Part shown: positions 14,804 to 33,676 of the stretch, in pieces
How positions within the stretch are numbered: position 1 is the stretch's first letter
Layout of the letters: every line of letters starts with the position of its first letter
Source: the human T2T-CHM13v2.0 reference genome, Homo sapiens
Strand: one strand, 5' to 3'
Assembly (NCBI RefSeq): GCF_009914755.1
Contig: NC_060932.1
DNA: 64,000 nt
Translations under genes and position numbers: made by a program
The notes under the pieces: generated by a model
What the model saw: only the letters and a program-made list of their open reading frames with translations
What the model was told of the DNA's origin: nothing
Database searches by the model: none

Positions 14804-16459
14804 GTATCCAAACCTCTTAATCTTTCTATCTCCTGTCACCCATCAATTGCATTTTTTCACTTTTTAGCATTATCTATCGGCTAGTTTAGGGAAAGGTAAA
14901 ACTATATTCAGCTTGCTTTGCCATTTACTAAAATCCCTGTGATGTGAGGCAGGAGATTAAAATTATTGGCTTATTTGAATTTCCACTACAATAACATGAC
15001 TTTATACCAACAATGCAATCGCATCTCTAACAGAGGAGCTGGAGAAGAAAAACGAGAAATCATAGTGCAGCTGATGGAGATGGAGATTTGTGGAGGGAGA
15101 CTGGAGAACTGGACATATTTTTTAAACCTAAGTGTTTTGAGATGCCGTTTCAAAACTCCTGCTTACTTTGGCTTCCTTTTATCAAAAACAGGTGGTTCTT
15201 TGTACTTTGAAAGAGACACACAGGCTGTAAAGAGTCATCTGAACTGCTGAGAAATGTCTTTAATCGTGGCCATTTTCAAACACAGATCTGCACAGTGAAC
15301 AATTTTCTGAGGAATTCTTACAAAGCAGAGTCTGTTCAGAGGATGCTGATTAAAAAAACCTCTGTACACAGAGCATAATGAAGAGGGGAAGAAAGTGCAT
15401 GGCTTTGTGTAACTTAATAAAAAGGGAGAAAATTTGACCGGAAATGAAAGACTACCCACGTTGAAAGCATATAGTATGCTATGATTCAGAATAAATGAAA
15501 TAGAATTCTTCCAGGTCTAAGAAATCAGCACTTCCCCCCAGGCACTGCAGAGAGTGTTAGCTTCCAGTTGTATAAATATGCAGAAATAACAAAGGATGCA
15601 TGTAGAATGTACTTATCATAATGGCAGGCCAGGGACTTTCAGTTATCTTGCACCAGTAACTTAGGGTCTATGATTTTCCAACAACTTGTATTCTCTTAGA
15701 ACAACAAAAATTCCAATCACTCATAAACTGGTAAGGATGGTGTATATTTAATGTCTATCAGTACAGAGTGTGGGTAGGTTGACCATTTAATACCAATCCA
15801 AACAGCCTTGTAATCTAGGTGTTTAGGAATGTGGGTGAAGATGCCACACTGTTGGATTTTATGGCTATTTGTGTGCATGTGAACATGAGCCAGTGAAGGG
15901 AGAAATTCAGTAACCTCCTTCTGGGACGTATTGGTGCTGTTTGCCTTCAGATCCATTCTTTGAGCTTCCCTGGCTCTGCTCCAACCTCTGCAGGCTATTT
16001 CCAAGGCTCCTGTTTCATAGGCCTTCAGTTGGGCATAGCCAATCAAAGATTGGATGATAGAAATAAGAGAGAAGCCAAAATATTCCTCATCTGCCTTCTC
16101 TGCCACAGGTGGCTTTTCTGGCAGTGGCTTCATCTTTTTCACAAGCCCAACATGATTCCAACTTTGACTGGACACCTTAAGTCTCTCCATCTTAGGGGTG
16201 GTAGCAGTTTACAAGCTACTGCCAATTTGGGATGGAGGTGCCTAACTGCGCTCTGTTTAGCTTGTAGTCTGTGTGGATGATCCATTTCTCACATTAAATT
16301 AACTCTTCTAAAATAATCAGAGTTGTTTGTTTCCCAGATGGACACTGAATGATAAAACTGATGTATAGTTAGGTGTTTTCCACTGAATCATGACTTCCTT
16401 TAATCTAGATGGAATCCCCTAATTATCTAACTAAAGTAACAATAGCTAATATGTCTTGA

Positions 16460-16771
<312 letters not shown>

Positions 16772-16999
16772 TCCCAGTTGGTCTTCACATAATAATTGTA
16801 TGAAGAAGGTACTAACACTATCCTCATTTGAGGAATTTGAAATTCAATTAGATTTTAGGTAACTTGTCCAAGATCATGCTCATTAAGTAGCTGAGTCAGA
16901 ATTCAACCATCGTTTGTATAACCAAGGTCCAGTGTTCTCACTTTTAATCACTGTATTATGTTGCCTTTGAACATATTGTACTTATAAAAAATGTAGCTA

Positions 17000-17287
17000 G
17001 GCTGGGTACGGTGGCTCACACCTGTTGGGAGGCCAAGGCAGGAGAATCACTTAAGGCCAGGAGTTTGAGACCAGCCTGGTCAACATAGCCAGACCTTGTC
17101 TCTATAAAAACAAAAAATAAAAATTAGCCAGGTGTGGTGGTGTGTACCTGTCATCCTAGCTACTTGGGAGGCTGAGGTGGGATAGGATTGCTAGAGCCCA
17201 GGAGATTGAGGCTGCAGTAAGCTATGATCATACACTGCACTCCAGCTTGGGCAACAGAGAAAGACCTTGTCTCAAAAAATAAAAAAA
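17000..17287 (+). mobile_element. AluJ
   Basis: Alu with a small left-arm deletion. Confidence 0.9.
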
Positions 17288-19039
17288 GTGGATAAAAGTC
17301 AAGTATCTTACAATTAAAACACTTGTGTTACAGGAAATAAAAGAACTTACGGAATCATATTACTGAAAAGTACCAGCTCACTTCAAGGCAGGGTCCAAAC
17401 AATGTTTTGGGTCTTTATGTCTTTCTTTCTCTCTATCTCTTGGAAGAGCTCTCTCCAGTGGCAGACAAAACAGCAACTGGCAGCCCAAACTCATACTCTG
17501 CCAGCTTAGGAAGGCCAGCAGAAAGAGCCAGCATTTGCTGCAAATGGCTTTAAAAATAAAAAATCCTAGGGAAAGCCCTGATTAGTCTGGTTAAGATCAT
17601 CTGCTCATCTCTGAACCAATTACTGTGGCTAAGTGAATGGGGCCCTGCAATTGCTGGGGCCTGGATAACACACCCCATCTCAGTGGTGGTGGGTCAAAGT
17701 CCTACTTGACCTACAGAGAATGAGAATGGGTTCCTTACTCTAAAGAAGAATTCTGTCACCAGAAGAAATCAAAGTGGTTTTAAAAACACAAAGGCAAAGG
17801 CTGTTCAACAGAGGAGAGTTCACATCCCTTCTGGACCACAGAAATATAATGAATTCCCTAGATATTTCCCACTCTTGGTAAACAATGTTTGAAACATATT
17901 TTCCTCATTTTGCACATGTTCTTTAGTTTTTATATTGTCATGCCCTGGGTTATTTTCTATTGTTTTCAACTCTAAGCCCTCCCTCTATACCCTGCTCTGA
18001 AATGCTAGGTCTGGAGGCTAAAAACTACATCTCCCAGATGTTCTTACCAGCTGGCTTCCTGTTACGGTGTAATGATTGGACAACTGGAGGCACTAGAAAG
18101 ACATAGCAAGGCACAAGGAGAGAAAAAGTAACTCATTTCTTGTTACAGATTCCTGCTAGCTCCACACTGACAGCAAAGCCTAGTCCAGCTTCTCTCACCA
18201 CTTCCAGTGCCAGCTGTGATTTGCCCCCGTTGATGGTTCAATCCCCGTGCACTTGGTGCTCCAGGGAGAAGTCTAAGAACTGAGCCGGAGTATGGGTGGA
18301 ACTTCTTCTAAGTTCAAGCTTCTAGGACCTCCTCACAGACACTTCCTCTCTTTTGTTTTTCCAGCCCTGCAACTGGTAGCCGCTTCCATCAGTACCTATC
18401 TGGCTTACCTCAGCATCCTGGTTTTCCAACAGCTGGGTAATCAATTTCCTGCATCTACTGTGGTTGAAATATCTAGCATGGTTTATGTTACTCTGACTAA
18501 ACAGGTTCTTGTTATCTTCATTCCAGTGACTGTCCCATTGATGCTAAAAAATTGGCACTTGCAGCCCATTTATATCTCTATTTCAGCTATAAAAAGTTTA
18601 TGAGCTCTTATAACTAATATCACCACGTTTTAATTGTTTTCTTTTTATAAAATAGGAACATACAAAATAGTGGAACAATTGCACAAATACTGTTATACAA
18701 GGATAGACATGGTGTTGGAACTAAACTTTTGACTGGCAGGCAGTAATCACATGATACTTTGAAATGTTTATCATTAGCCGATACATGAAAGATACACTTG
18801 GTACAAGGATGACTGAAAAATATGTGACCACCTAACATTTTAAAAGTTGAGAATTGCTTGTATTTGCTTTCCTGCAAAGGAAATATAAAAACTTCAGTGG
18901 CCACCTACGGCCACTAGTGTAATTAGAACGTTTTTATTAACCATCTTGATCTTCTTGAGCAAGCCTGATACAATTTTGTGCTTTAAGGAGACAAGTGATG
19001 AAAATCAAAAACTTCTAACCATAGCTAATCACCTCATAC

Positions 19040-19685
19040 AGTAGGCAGAGTTCTAAGATGACCCCCAAAATTCCTGCCTTCTTGTAGACAAGTCCTGTAT
19101 AATCCCCTCCCTTGGGTGTGAGTGAACCTGTGACTATGATATATGTCACTGTCATGATTATATTATATTATACAGCAGAAAGATTTTACAGGTATAATTA
19201 AGGTCCCCAATCAGTTGACTTTAACTTAAAAGGGATATTATCCTTGATGGGACTGACTTAATTGTGTGAGCCCTTAAAAGGGACTACATCCTTCCTGAAG
19301 TCAGAGATTTAAGACATGAGGTAGAGCTCCTTTAAAGAGGGCCACATGGCAGGAATCTGAGACCAATTTCTGGTACCTGAGAATGATCCCTAACCCACAG
19401 AGAGCAAGAAAATGGGAACATCAGTCATACAGCCATAAGGAAATAAATCCTTCCAACATCCTAAAGAAGCTTGGAGGGGATATTTTTTTTTTCTTCCCCC
19501 AGCCGAGCTTCCAGATGAGGATGCACCTGGTGGACACCTTGACTTCAGCCTAGGATAATACTGAGCAGGGGACTTAGCTAGCCATGCTGAACTCCTGACT
19601 CACAAAAATGGTGAGATAGTAAATTTGTGTTATGTTAAGCCATTACATTTGAGGCAACTTGTTACATGTAATAGAAATGTAATAT
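19040..19685 (+). mobile_element. MLT1 (MaLR) LTR
   Basis: GTAGGCAGAGTTCTAAGATGACCCC... with 3' AAATTTGTGTTATGTTAAGCCA. Confidence 0.75.
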
Positions 19686-19752
19686 AATATATAGGAGGGT
19701 GGGAATTCCTATTGCAATAGCAGCAAAATATATAATAGCCACAATAAGAAAA

Positions 19753-20076
<324 letters not shown>

Positions 20077-20904
20077 TTAAAAATTATAAATCTTCACTGA
20101 TCAATAAAAGGGAATTTAGAAAAATGGGGAGGCATATTACATCCCTATGAGGAAAGATTAAGTGTTTTAAGTACATCAATATTTAAAGAATTTTTATGTC
20201 CAATAAAAATGCATTAATAGCCCAATAGAAAAAAAAGTGAAGGACTTGAAGAGAAATGTTGGAAGACTTGGAAATAGCCAATAAACTTGGAAATGATCAA
20301 TAAATATGGTCAATTTTAAAGTGGCAAACATTTCAAATACAGTAATATTTAAAGTTGAGGGTATAAGAGATGTGTGCCCTCATCACTGCAATGGGTGTAT
20401 CAACTGGTGTAATTTTTATAAAATGTAATTTTATACTGCATATCAACAGTCTTTGAAAAGCTCATCCTCTTTGATTTAGTAATTTCACTCCTAGTATTCT
20501 ATCCATAGGATATAATGATATGTGTGCTAAATGATTTTGTAGAATGATATTCAATGCAGTGTTTTTTATAAGTTGAAAATAACCTATGATAGCAAAATTT
20601 CCAGCATCTATTCCACTTCAAATGATTGAACTAAGTCAAACTACACTCATTCCCCTGGATAATGATTGGTTAGGAAACTGACGTGTGGTCCAGTCCTGGC
20701 GGAAGACATGACCAAGTTCTGTAACGACTTTGGAGGAGATTCCTTGCCTTTAACAATGACACAGAGAGGAAACTGTAGCTCATCTTTTCTGGATATTTCT
20801 GTGCCTGAATGTGGTGTCTGAGACTATCTGATTATCAGGAGTGGAGAAAGCCAGAGGGTAAAACTGACCCATTGAAGATGACAGAACAGAATGATGGAAA
20901 GACC

Positions 20905-21330
20905 TGGGCATTCTCTTGCCTCAGGGGCTTTGCATTGGAATACCCACTGCCTGGAATGGTCTTCTCATAGATACCTGCACAGCTTACTTACTTCCCTACC
21001 TTCAAGCCTTTGCTCAATGCCACCTACTTATGAGACTAAGCCTGACCACTCTATGCAAAATTACAATTGGCTTCCTCTATACTGCCACTAAACTTTTAGT
21101 TCCTCTTCCATCTTCTATTGTATTCCATAGAATTTATCACCGAACATACTTACATAATGCATTTACTATATCTATTGTTTACTGCCTGTCATGACAAACT
21201 AACTTGTAAGCCCTTTGAGGGCTGGGATGTTTATTATTATTATTTATTGATAAATCCCTGTAGTCTTGAACAGGGCTGAGAATATAGTGGGACTTTGATA
21301 AACATTTGTTCAATGAATGAATGAATGAAT
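20905..21330 (+). mobile_element. L2 3' region
   Basis: TGTAAGCCCTTTGAGGGC... and a (GAAT)n tail. Confidence 0.7.
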
Positions 21331-21647
21331 CCAGCAGTAGTGATGGATTCAAGGTTCAAAACTTGGATCTACTGACTTCAAATTTCACAACTGCCCCCCT
21401 TGATGGTGTGCTGCTTTCAAACAGAAGAAAGACTATTAAGGGCACAAGTGAATGGACTTGCTATCCATAGTTTTAGAAAGCAAAACCAGGGCATATGGAT
21501 CAAAACTACATGGAGCTTCTTAAGGGAACAGCTTCTTCGGCTAATCCCCACCCACATTCTCCAGAGTGCAGCTTGCTGCTAACTCTGGTTTTACCATTCC
21601 CTTGGGGCCCTTTCACTTTAATCCCCTTTTGTCCTTATGACAGCTGA

Positions 21648-22078
<431 letters not shown>

Positions 22079-22660
22079 TGAGGTTCTCCAACCTTAGTAT
22101 AACCCTGCTTTGACGCTTTGACCTTTGGAAAGTTCTTTGAGCTCTCTGAGTTGCCTTTAATTTTGTGCATCAATTGTAAAATAAATGGGTTGAATTAGAT
22201 TATCTCTAAAACTCTTGTGAACTCTCAAAACCTATGATTCTACTCTACCAAAGAATTAGAACTTGCATCACATGAACTAAGTAATGATAAACTATACCCA
22301 ACAGTCTTAATTAACCCATTCATTTCCCTTTCCAATTCCTTTCAATAGAGATTTTTTTTTTGGTTAGGAATGGGCATTATATGCGCATGAAAAATACTAC
22401 TTGAAGCTACTTCTAATTATTAACTACTTAAGTATTTAAATTTAAAAACCAAGTTTTTCTTAAGTTTTTAAGCTCAACATGGAAGATTCAGCTTCAACTT
22501 ACTCATTTATTTAAAAGATTCAATTTACCTAAAATTTAGCTATATTTAAAAACTGAGTTAAATTATTTTACACATTTTAAACGGCACTTACAAATTTAAT
22601 ATATCTAATTTTCTCAAATGCCAAATGCCCATCAGGGCAAACTTTAAAATGTAATGAGAA

Positions 22661-22785
22661 AGCCTGGCACGATGGTGCTGTAGTTAGTCCAGCTACTCTG
22701 GAGGGTAAGGTGGGAGGATTGTTGACCAGGAATTCTAGACCAGCCTGGACAACATAGTGAGACCCTGCCTCAAAAAATGAAAAAT
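22661..22785 (+). mobile_element. Alu monomer (FLAM-like)
   Basis: Single degenerate Alu arm. Confidence 0.7.
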
Positions 22786-23747
22786 AATTTTTAAAAAATC
22801 TAGTAAGAAGAATAATTTAAAACACCCAAGCTCTTCTTTTAACTCTAATAATCAAGCTTATAAATATAGTAGTTAAGTTTTATCAAACATTTAAAACCTT
22901 TACAAACTTGACTAAATTTTGTTATTCATTTCAAATTAATATCAGAAATCTAATGTGTTACATTTTCTTAAATGTCTCAAATGTTTCAATAACATTAGAA
23001 TGTTAATATTTAACTAAAACATGTCATCATAATAGTTAAAAGAGTTATTACTAAAATTAGGCTTTAAAATTAGAATCTACAAAAGGCTGTTTGTTATTTT
23101 GTGGTTCAGAAAGGGTCACTCTGGAAATAGCCTTCAGGATACAAAAATAACCCATAATCTCTAAACAGAACTAAAATCTATAATGGTAGAATGAGCTCAA
23201 GTTTTAGACCAAGAAAACTCAGCTGGACTGAGAGAGTAAATTCCAGGGATGGAAAGATAAATGCCTTTGCAAACCCGTAGAAGTATAAAAGTAAGCATAG
23301 AGACAGTGTAGTTAATAAACCTATAGTGGTATACTTTTGTGCTAATTTTAGGACCTCGGAGACAGGATATGTGAAAATCCTCTTAATGTTGTAAAGCATT
23401 TATACATTACTACATATTATCTTTAAATTCATGGTATCTGGCTTACTTTACATTGTAATTTGGTTAATTCTGAGAATGTATAGTTTAAAAATGCCTGGAT
23501 GTTAATGCAGGGCTAGTGTTTTGCTGAAACCCAATCTGGACCCTACATTTACACAGAGCGACCATCTGATGTCAGTGGGTGATAGTTGCAGTAACAGCAA
23601 CAGCAGGCACTGGAATTGGAATTGGCTAAAAGACAGACTCTTTGGTGGTTCCCTGCTCTCCTTTCCAGAGACTGCTGCCATTATAGTGGTTTGGCTGCTA
23701 AAAGGCAACAGCTGGGACTTTGTTCAGTTTTATACAGGGCCAGTTTC

Positions 23748-27578
<3,831 letters not shown>

Positions 27579-27581
27579 ATA

Positions 27582-27759
27582 CAGGGCCAGTTTCATGGGC
27601 ATATGACCTGTGCTGTCACACAGGGCCAGGCACTTAGAAGGACCCCACACGTGATTTAATGCTCCATTGACACCATTTTGCAATTCTGAATAATTTTTTA
27701 ACAAAAGCTCCTGCATTTTCATTTTGCACTGGGTGGGACAAATTATATAACCAGCCCTG
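27582..27759. mobile_element. MER91A-like hAT MITE
   Basis: CAGGGCCAGTTTCATGGGC...TTTTCATTTTGCACTGGG...CCAGCCCTG termini. Confidence 0.75.
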
Positions 27760-28513
27760 GCTTTACAGTTCATTTGGATTTTTGCTGCTTCTAGAAAAAC
27801 AAGTGAAATTTACCTTTAGTTAGTTACCAGCCCAGGACTGGGCATTTGCAGAACTGCCGCGACCTGCTTCCCTGCTAGACTGCTCCCTCTTTTTAACATC
27901 CATCAGCTGGACTCACCAACTCCGGAAAACCTGCATGGGTCTATAGGGAGACCCCTGCTGAGCTGAATTTGACTTCACAGTATTACCATCCGTCACAACC
28001 TCGTGTTGTTATGGGTGTGGCAAGACTTCTGTTATGCCTGATTCCAGCCAGTTATATATAAAAGATCTCCTGCTCCAACCTGGCCCTACCTGGTGGGTAG
28101 CCTGGGCCCTGAGAATGTTTTCTTCTACAATGGACAGGCCAAAGGAGGACAGAGGGGGTTACAAAAAGATAATATCCATCAGAGGCAAAGAGTACTCAAA
28201 AGTGAACTTCTACCATTTCCACTGGATATTGATTAACTTCCCTGAGCCTCAGTTTCCTCATTCGTTTATGAGAGTAGCCCAGGAGGCATCTACCCCTCCC
28301 AACCCGCCAGGATTGCTGAGAGGACAGAGTACGCGTGCAAGGTTTTGCAATGTGCCAGAGCTTAGTAAGTGTTAGCACTTATGAAAACAGCGTTTATATA
28401 TCATTTGGGTCATGGGACTCTTGGAAAACCTGATGATACCTATGGTTTCTTCCTGCCTCCGCCCCACCCCCACCTTCCAGCCTCCAAAAATGTCACCTCC
28501 AAAAAACAAATAA

Positions 28514-28812
28514 GGCAGGGCGCGGTGGCTCACGCCTGTAATCCCAGCACTTTGGGAGGCCGAGGCGGGCGGATCACAAGGTCAGGAGATCTAGACTATC
28601 CTGGCTAACACGGTGAAACCCCGTCTCTACTAAAAATATAAAAAATTAGCCGGGCGTGGTGGCGGGTGCCTGCAGTCCCAGCTGCTCTGGAGGCTGAGGC
28701 AGGAGAATGGCGTGAACCCGGGAGGCGGAGCTTGCAGTGAGCCTAGATGGCGCCACTGCACTCCAGCCTGGGCGACAGAGCGAGACTCTGTCTCAAAAAC
28801 AAACAAACAAAC
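28514..28812 (+). mobile_element. AluY upstream of the CTHRC1 promoter
   Basis: AluY diagnostics (GGAGAATGGCGTGAACCCGGGAGGCGGAGCTTGCAG); TSD AAAAAACAAATAA at 28501-28513 and 28813-28825. Confidence 0.95.
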
Positions 28813-29198
28813 AAAAAACAAATAAGACTCGCCGACCCATGCCATAGATTGACGACCCTTGAAGGTGGCTCGTGTACCCAGGTTAAGCCACGTGTCTCTA
28901 AAATGTTCATTTAGGCGGCGCTGTGTTACCTGCGGGAATCCCCGACCTGCGGCTCCTGACCACGGGCCACCCCGCCCAGACCCTGCAGGCGGGCTCTCCA
29001 CGAGGGTCTGCGCAGCCCCGCGGGGGTCCTGACAGGCCGAGCGACTGCAGTAGGAGGGGGCGGGCCCGGCTCTCGGTCCGCCCCCACGCCGGGCTCGGGG
29101 TGGGGGCTCGGGGCCTATTACGGGATGGAAGCTCCGGGTGTCGCGGGGGCGGGAGGAATTAAGGGAGGGAGAGAGGCGCGCGGGTGAAAGGCGCATTG

Positions 29199-29745
<547 letters not shown>

Positions 29746-30199
29746 TAATTTCTGGCCCCAGGGGGACCCCTTGGGAAGGGTGGGAGGGATAGGGCGGCAG
29801 TGAGAGTAGGATGAGGAGCTTGGGTACGTCCGAAGTGGACCTGGGAAAAACCCTGGCCTCGCTGATCACATGGACCTGGGCCTGGGCCAGGGCGGTGCAA
29901 CGTGTCCTTTGTTGGGGCTGGTGGCCACGTCTGCCTGCGAGAGAGAATAACAACCCCCACAAAGCATCCGTCCAACTCTTTGTAACTTGAAGACTATGAG
30001 TCACGTTGGGTCATCTTCCTAGGGAGTATGGGCTGCAATTTACTTTGTTGGACAACCACAGCTGGGGCTAGGAATGGTTCAGAAGGTTTAAGGCCGGAAA
30101 GGGAAATGAAGGGGCCCGGCGCTAACCCTCTAAGGACCTGTTTTGCTTCTGTTTAAACCAAATGGGCAGTCTGTCATTACACACACCCTGGGTCTTCAT

Positions 30200-30307
30200 A
30201 TGTGGCCGCCAGGTAGGAGCATCACAGTCAAGCTACGGGAGAAAACAGTTTCCAGGAAACTGGAAATGAACGGCCCGAGTGCTTTCCAGGGGCTCATCTG
30301 TGGGAAG
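30200..30307 (+). CDS. CTHRC1: CTHRC1 alternative first coding exon (36 aa, gives a 229-aa isoform)
   Basis: MWPPGRSITVKLREKTVSRKLEMNGPSAFQGLICGK; donor AAG|GTATGT; phase 0, in frame with exon 2. Confidence 0.75.
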
Positions 30308-31028
30308 GTATGTTTGCTTAAAATCCTTCCCTCTAAAAATCAACAAACCCAGTGGAGGGCGGAGAGGTTCTCTGGCCTGTGGTATGAGGGAGCCTTTCAG
30401 AGCTACCGTAGTCCTTGGCATATTATAAACTTCAGTCTCACTTGCAGACAAACATGATTTACAGGCATTGCAAGACATAAGTTGGGGCATTTTTTTTTAA
30501 TTAAAAAGAAAGTTTTGAATTTGTTAAGCTGCCATTTTAAACTGAGCTAATATACCAAGTTCCCTGGCAGCTAGTTCTGTATTGGATTCAAAAGTGCTGG
30601 GAAAAAAATTCCCGCCATTTCACACAGCACTTTTTGGTGGTAGGCTGTGTAATTTTGATCCACAAAAGGGGACTATGTGTTCAGGCAACAGTTCTATTTT
30701 AAGTGTCCAAATTATTAAAACTGTGCCAAATGAGTATGGTTCATGTGTAGTTTGCATTTTATGAGTCTGTAGTTATGATACACAAAATACCCATTTTTCC
30801 TGTGAAGCTTGCTATTTTCCCCCCTTCAAGGATTTACAGTACCTGTGGTTTCCCACAACTCTAGCCAGACTTGGAAAAGATTTTGCAGTCAGGCTCAGGT
30901 GCATCCTGTAGGTTGGATTTGGTTTTGCTGACAGAAGAAGTCCACAGTCATTAAGGTTTCAACAGATTCTATAAAGCAACTTCTTTGTATAGGATCTTTC
31001 AAAGCGTTCCTTTCAAGCTTCCACAAAG

Positions 31029-31047
31029 CTCTGCCCCCTGGTGGCCA
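31029..31047 (-). promoter_or_regulatory. Candidate CTCF site in CTHRC1 intron 1
   Basis: Minus strand reads TGGCCACCAGGGGGCAG, a near-consensus CTCF core. Confidence 0.65.
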
Positions 31048-31257
31048 GTGAAAGAAACAGGGGCGTATAAAAGTGCGCTTCCCTTCACATCTTTTTTTTT
31101 TCATTCCACAGACATTTATTGAGAGTACTAAGCATATGTTGGGTTAGCATTTTAAAGTAGAAGACTGATGTAACACCTGCGGAATCGAGTCAAGTAAAGT
31201 TATATAGTCTTTGAAATGTATCTTTTAGATGAAAAGGTGAATAAAAATTCCCAATAT

Positions 31258-31452
31258 GGCACAATGGACATGTTGGGCCAGATAATTCTTGTGGGGACTT
31301 GTCCTGTCCGTTGTCGCGTGTTTAGCAGCATCGTTTGTACATACTAGATGCCAGTAGCAATCCCCTCTCCCAAGTTGTGACAACCAAAAATGTCTCTAGA
31401 CATAGCCAAGTGTCCCCTGGAGGACAAAATTGTCCCCAGTTGAGATCCACTG
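31258..31452. mobile_element. MER20 (hAT-Charlie)
   Basis: GGGCCAGATAATTCTT...GTGACAACCAAAAATGTCTCTAGACA...GTTGAGATCCACTG. Confidence 0.85.
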
Positions 31453-32349
31453 ATATATAATGAAGTAAAATTTAGTCTGTGTAGCATCTTGCCCTGAGGG
31501 GAATAATAGTGAAAAAAATCAAAGAATATCAGAAGCAGTCTTATTCCCATTTGAAATGTATGTCTAAACATTGTATATATCTGCTTGTGAGAGTGAATTA
31601 AATTACTAAAATAAAAATAAAGTCTAAAACACACCAAACTATTTTGAAATATTTTGCACTTTTAAAATGCTTTACTTTTTGTGTCTTTGAATACTTTTGT
31701 AATTGTTAAATGCTTTTTCTTTTCTTTTTTTTAACTATTTCTCTGACAGTAAATAAGTAGTAGTGTCTTTTTCTTCTTACAGTCAGGAAAATGGCGATGT
31801 CAAAGACTTAAAAAGTCATTTATCAAACCAAAACTCAAACTGGCGATGGAGACACAAATTGATTAGCAAGCATCAGTCTAATTATATAGGATTCTTCCCA
31901 GACAACTATTGGATTTTATCATCCAATCCCAGATACTGTAGTCAAAAGATAAGCTTTGAAGTTACTTTAATATCTAAGAAACTTTGTTTTTTGTTTTCAT
32001 TGGGAAATATAGTTATACAGAATAATACTAGGCAACTTACACAAATAGAGGAAATGTTAGAGTAAACATTTAAATGGATTGCATTGGGTTTTGGAGTGTC
32101 TAATAAACGGCACCTTTGTTCCTAGCTGAACCAATTCAGGTGTAGACACAGGAATTAGACAGGTGGGGCACAGGATATCACCTTTACCACTGATCATACA
32201 GCATTGGCATGTATGGCTTATGTGTGCTAGGCTGGTGGGTTTGCTAATGCTCTCTTCCCCAGGTCTAAATCCTGAAAGGTCCACCCAGGGCAGTGGACAC
32301 ACTTACCCAGAGTTGCTGCCTTGCACTGGTCCTGGGGAACATAGGAATA

Positions 32350-32600
32350 ATAATGGCTGACACATACAGTGTTTACTGTGTTCCAGGCATTGTTCTAAGC
32401 ACATTTTATATATTATTCACTTAAATCTCATACAAACCCTATAAAGTAAGACTCTTTATTATTATCCACATTTTACAGATAAGGAAACAGGCACCAAAAT
32501 GTTGAGTAATTTGCCCTATCTCACAGAGCTAATGTAAGGTGGAGCCGGGACAAAATCCAAAGAAACTGGCTCTAGAATCCATGCATTTAAATGCTACAAG
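32350..32600. mobile_element. MIR
   Basis: CATTTTACAGATAAGGAAAC core. Confidence 0.75.
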
Positions 32601-33385
32601 ATGTCCTTCTCCAAACAAACAGAAAATCATAGTCCTTACAGACAGTTTGACAGATTGTGGATGGTCCCCTATTGAGAACTAATGGTCACTTGAAACTGGG
32701 TCACTTACTGCTTCTCCTTGGGGAAGAGGGGTGGGATGAGAGGCCAGAAATGTTATCCAAGCACTGCTTCCCCCACTTAAAAACAGGGAGAAGCAGGGAT
32801 TTTCATACCCAAGTTGGAGCTATTGCCAGTACAAGATAATTATTGACTCTTAAGATTTTATTTTATAATTATGTCCCTAGGAATTTATCTTAAGGAAATA
32901 ATTCAAAAGAAGAAAAAGGCTGTATGGATATTTTCATTACAATAATATTCATAATAAAAAAAGTAGAAATAAACTATCCAAAAATAGTGCAATGTTTGCA
33001 TAAAACTGTAAAAATCCAGGTCCCTTTGCAAGATACAGAGTTAGAAGAAAAAAGCAGAATATCAAATTATTCCCACCTTGGAATACAGCTATTTAAAATT
33101 GTGTATGCCTATAATGAGCAGAAGGGAGCAGGCAAATAATTTTGTCCTCCTCTGATGTGTGTGTGTGTGCGTGTAAAGTCTGTGCACTAAAAAATATGAA
33201 GGAAATCACAATATTTTAGAAATAATTTGAAAATGAATTCTCTGTAATAACTCATCTAGAACACGGGCATGTGGTATGAAGGGATTCTTGACTCCAAGGG
33301 CTCAAAATAAATGCATTTCTAATCATACTGAGTCTTTGACTCTTAAGTGGTGAGAGTTTTCTTTGCCTTTTCTTTCTCATTATAG

Positions 33386-33676
<291 letters not shown>

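Noticed and set aside
15717-16280. 157-aa and 106-aa ORFs
   Set aside because: They overlap degenerate LTR-like sequence, with no recognisable domain or splice structure.
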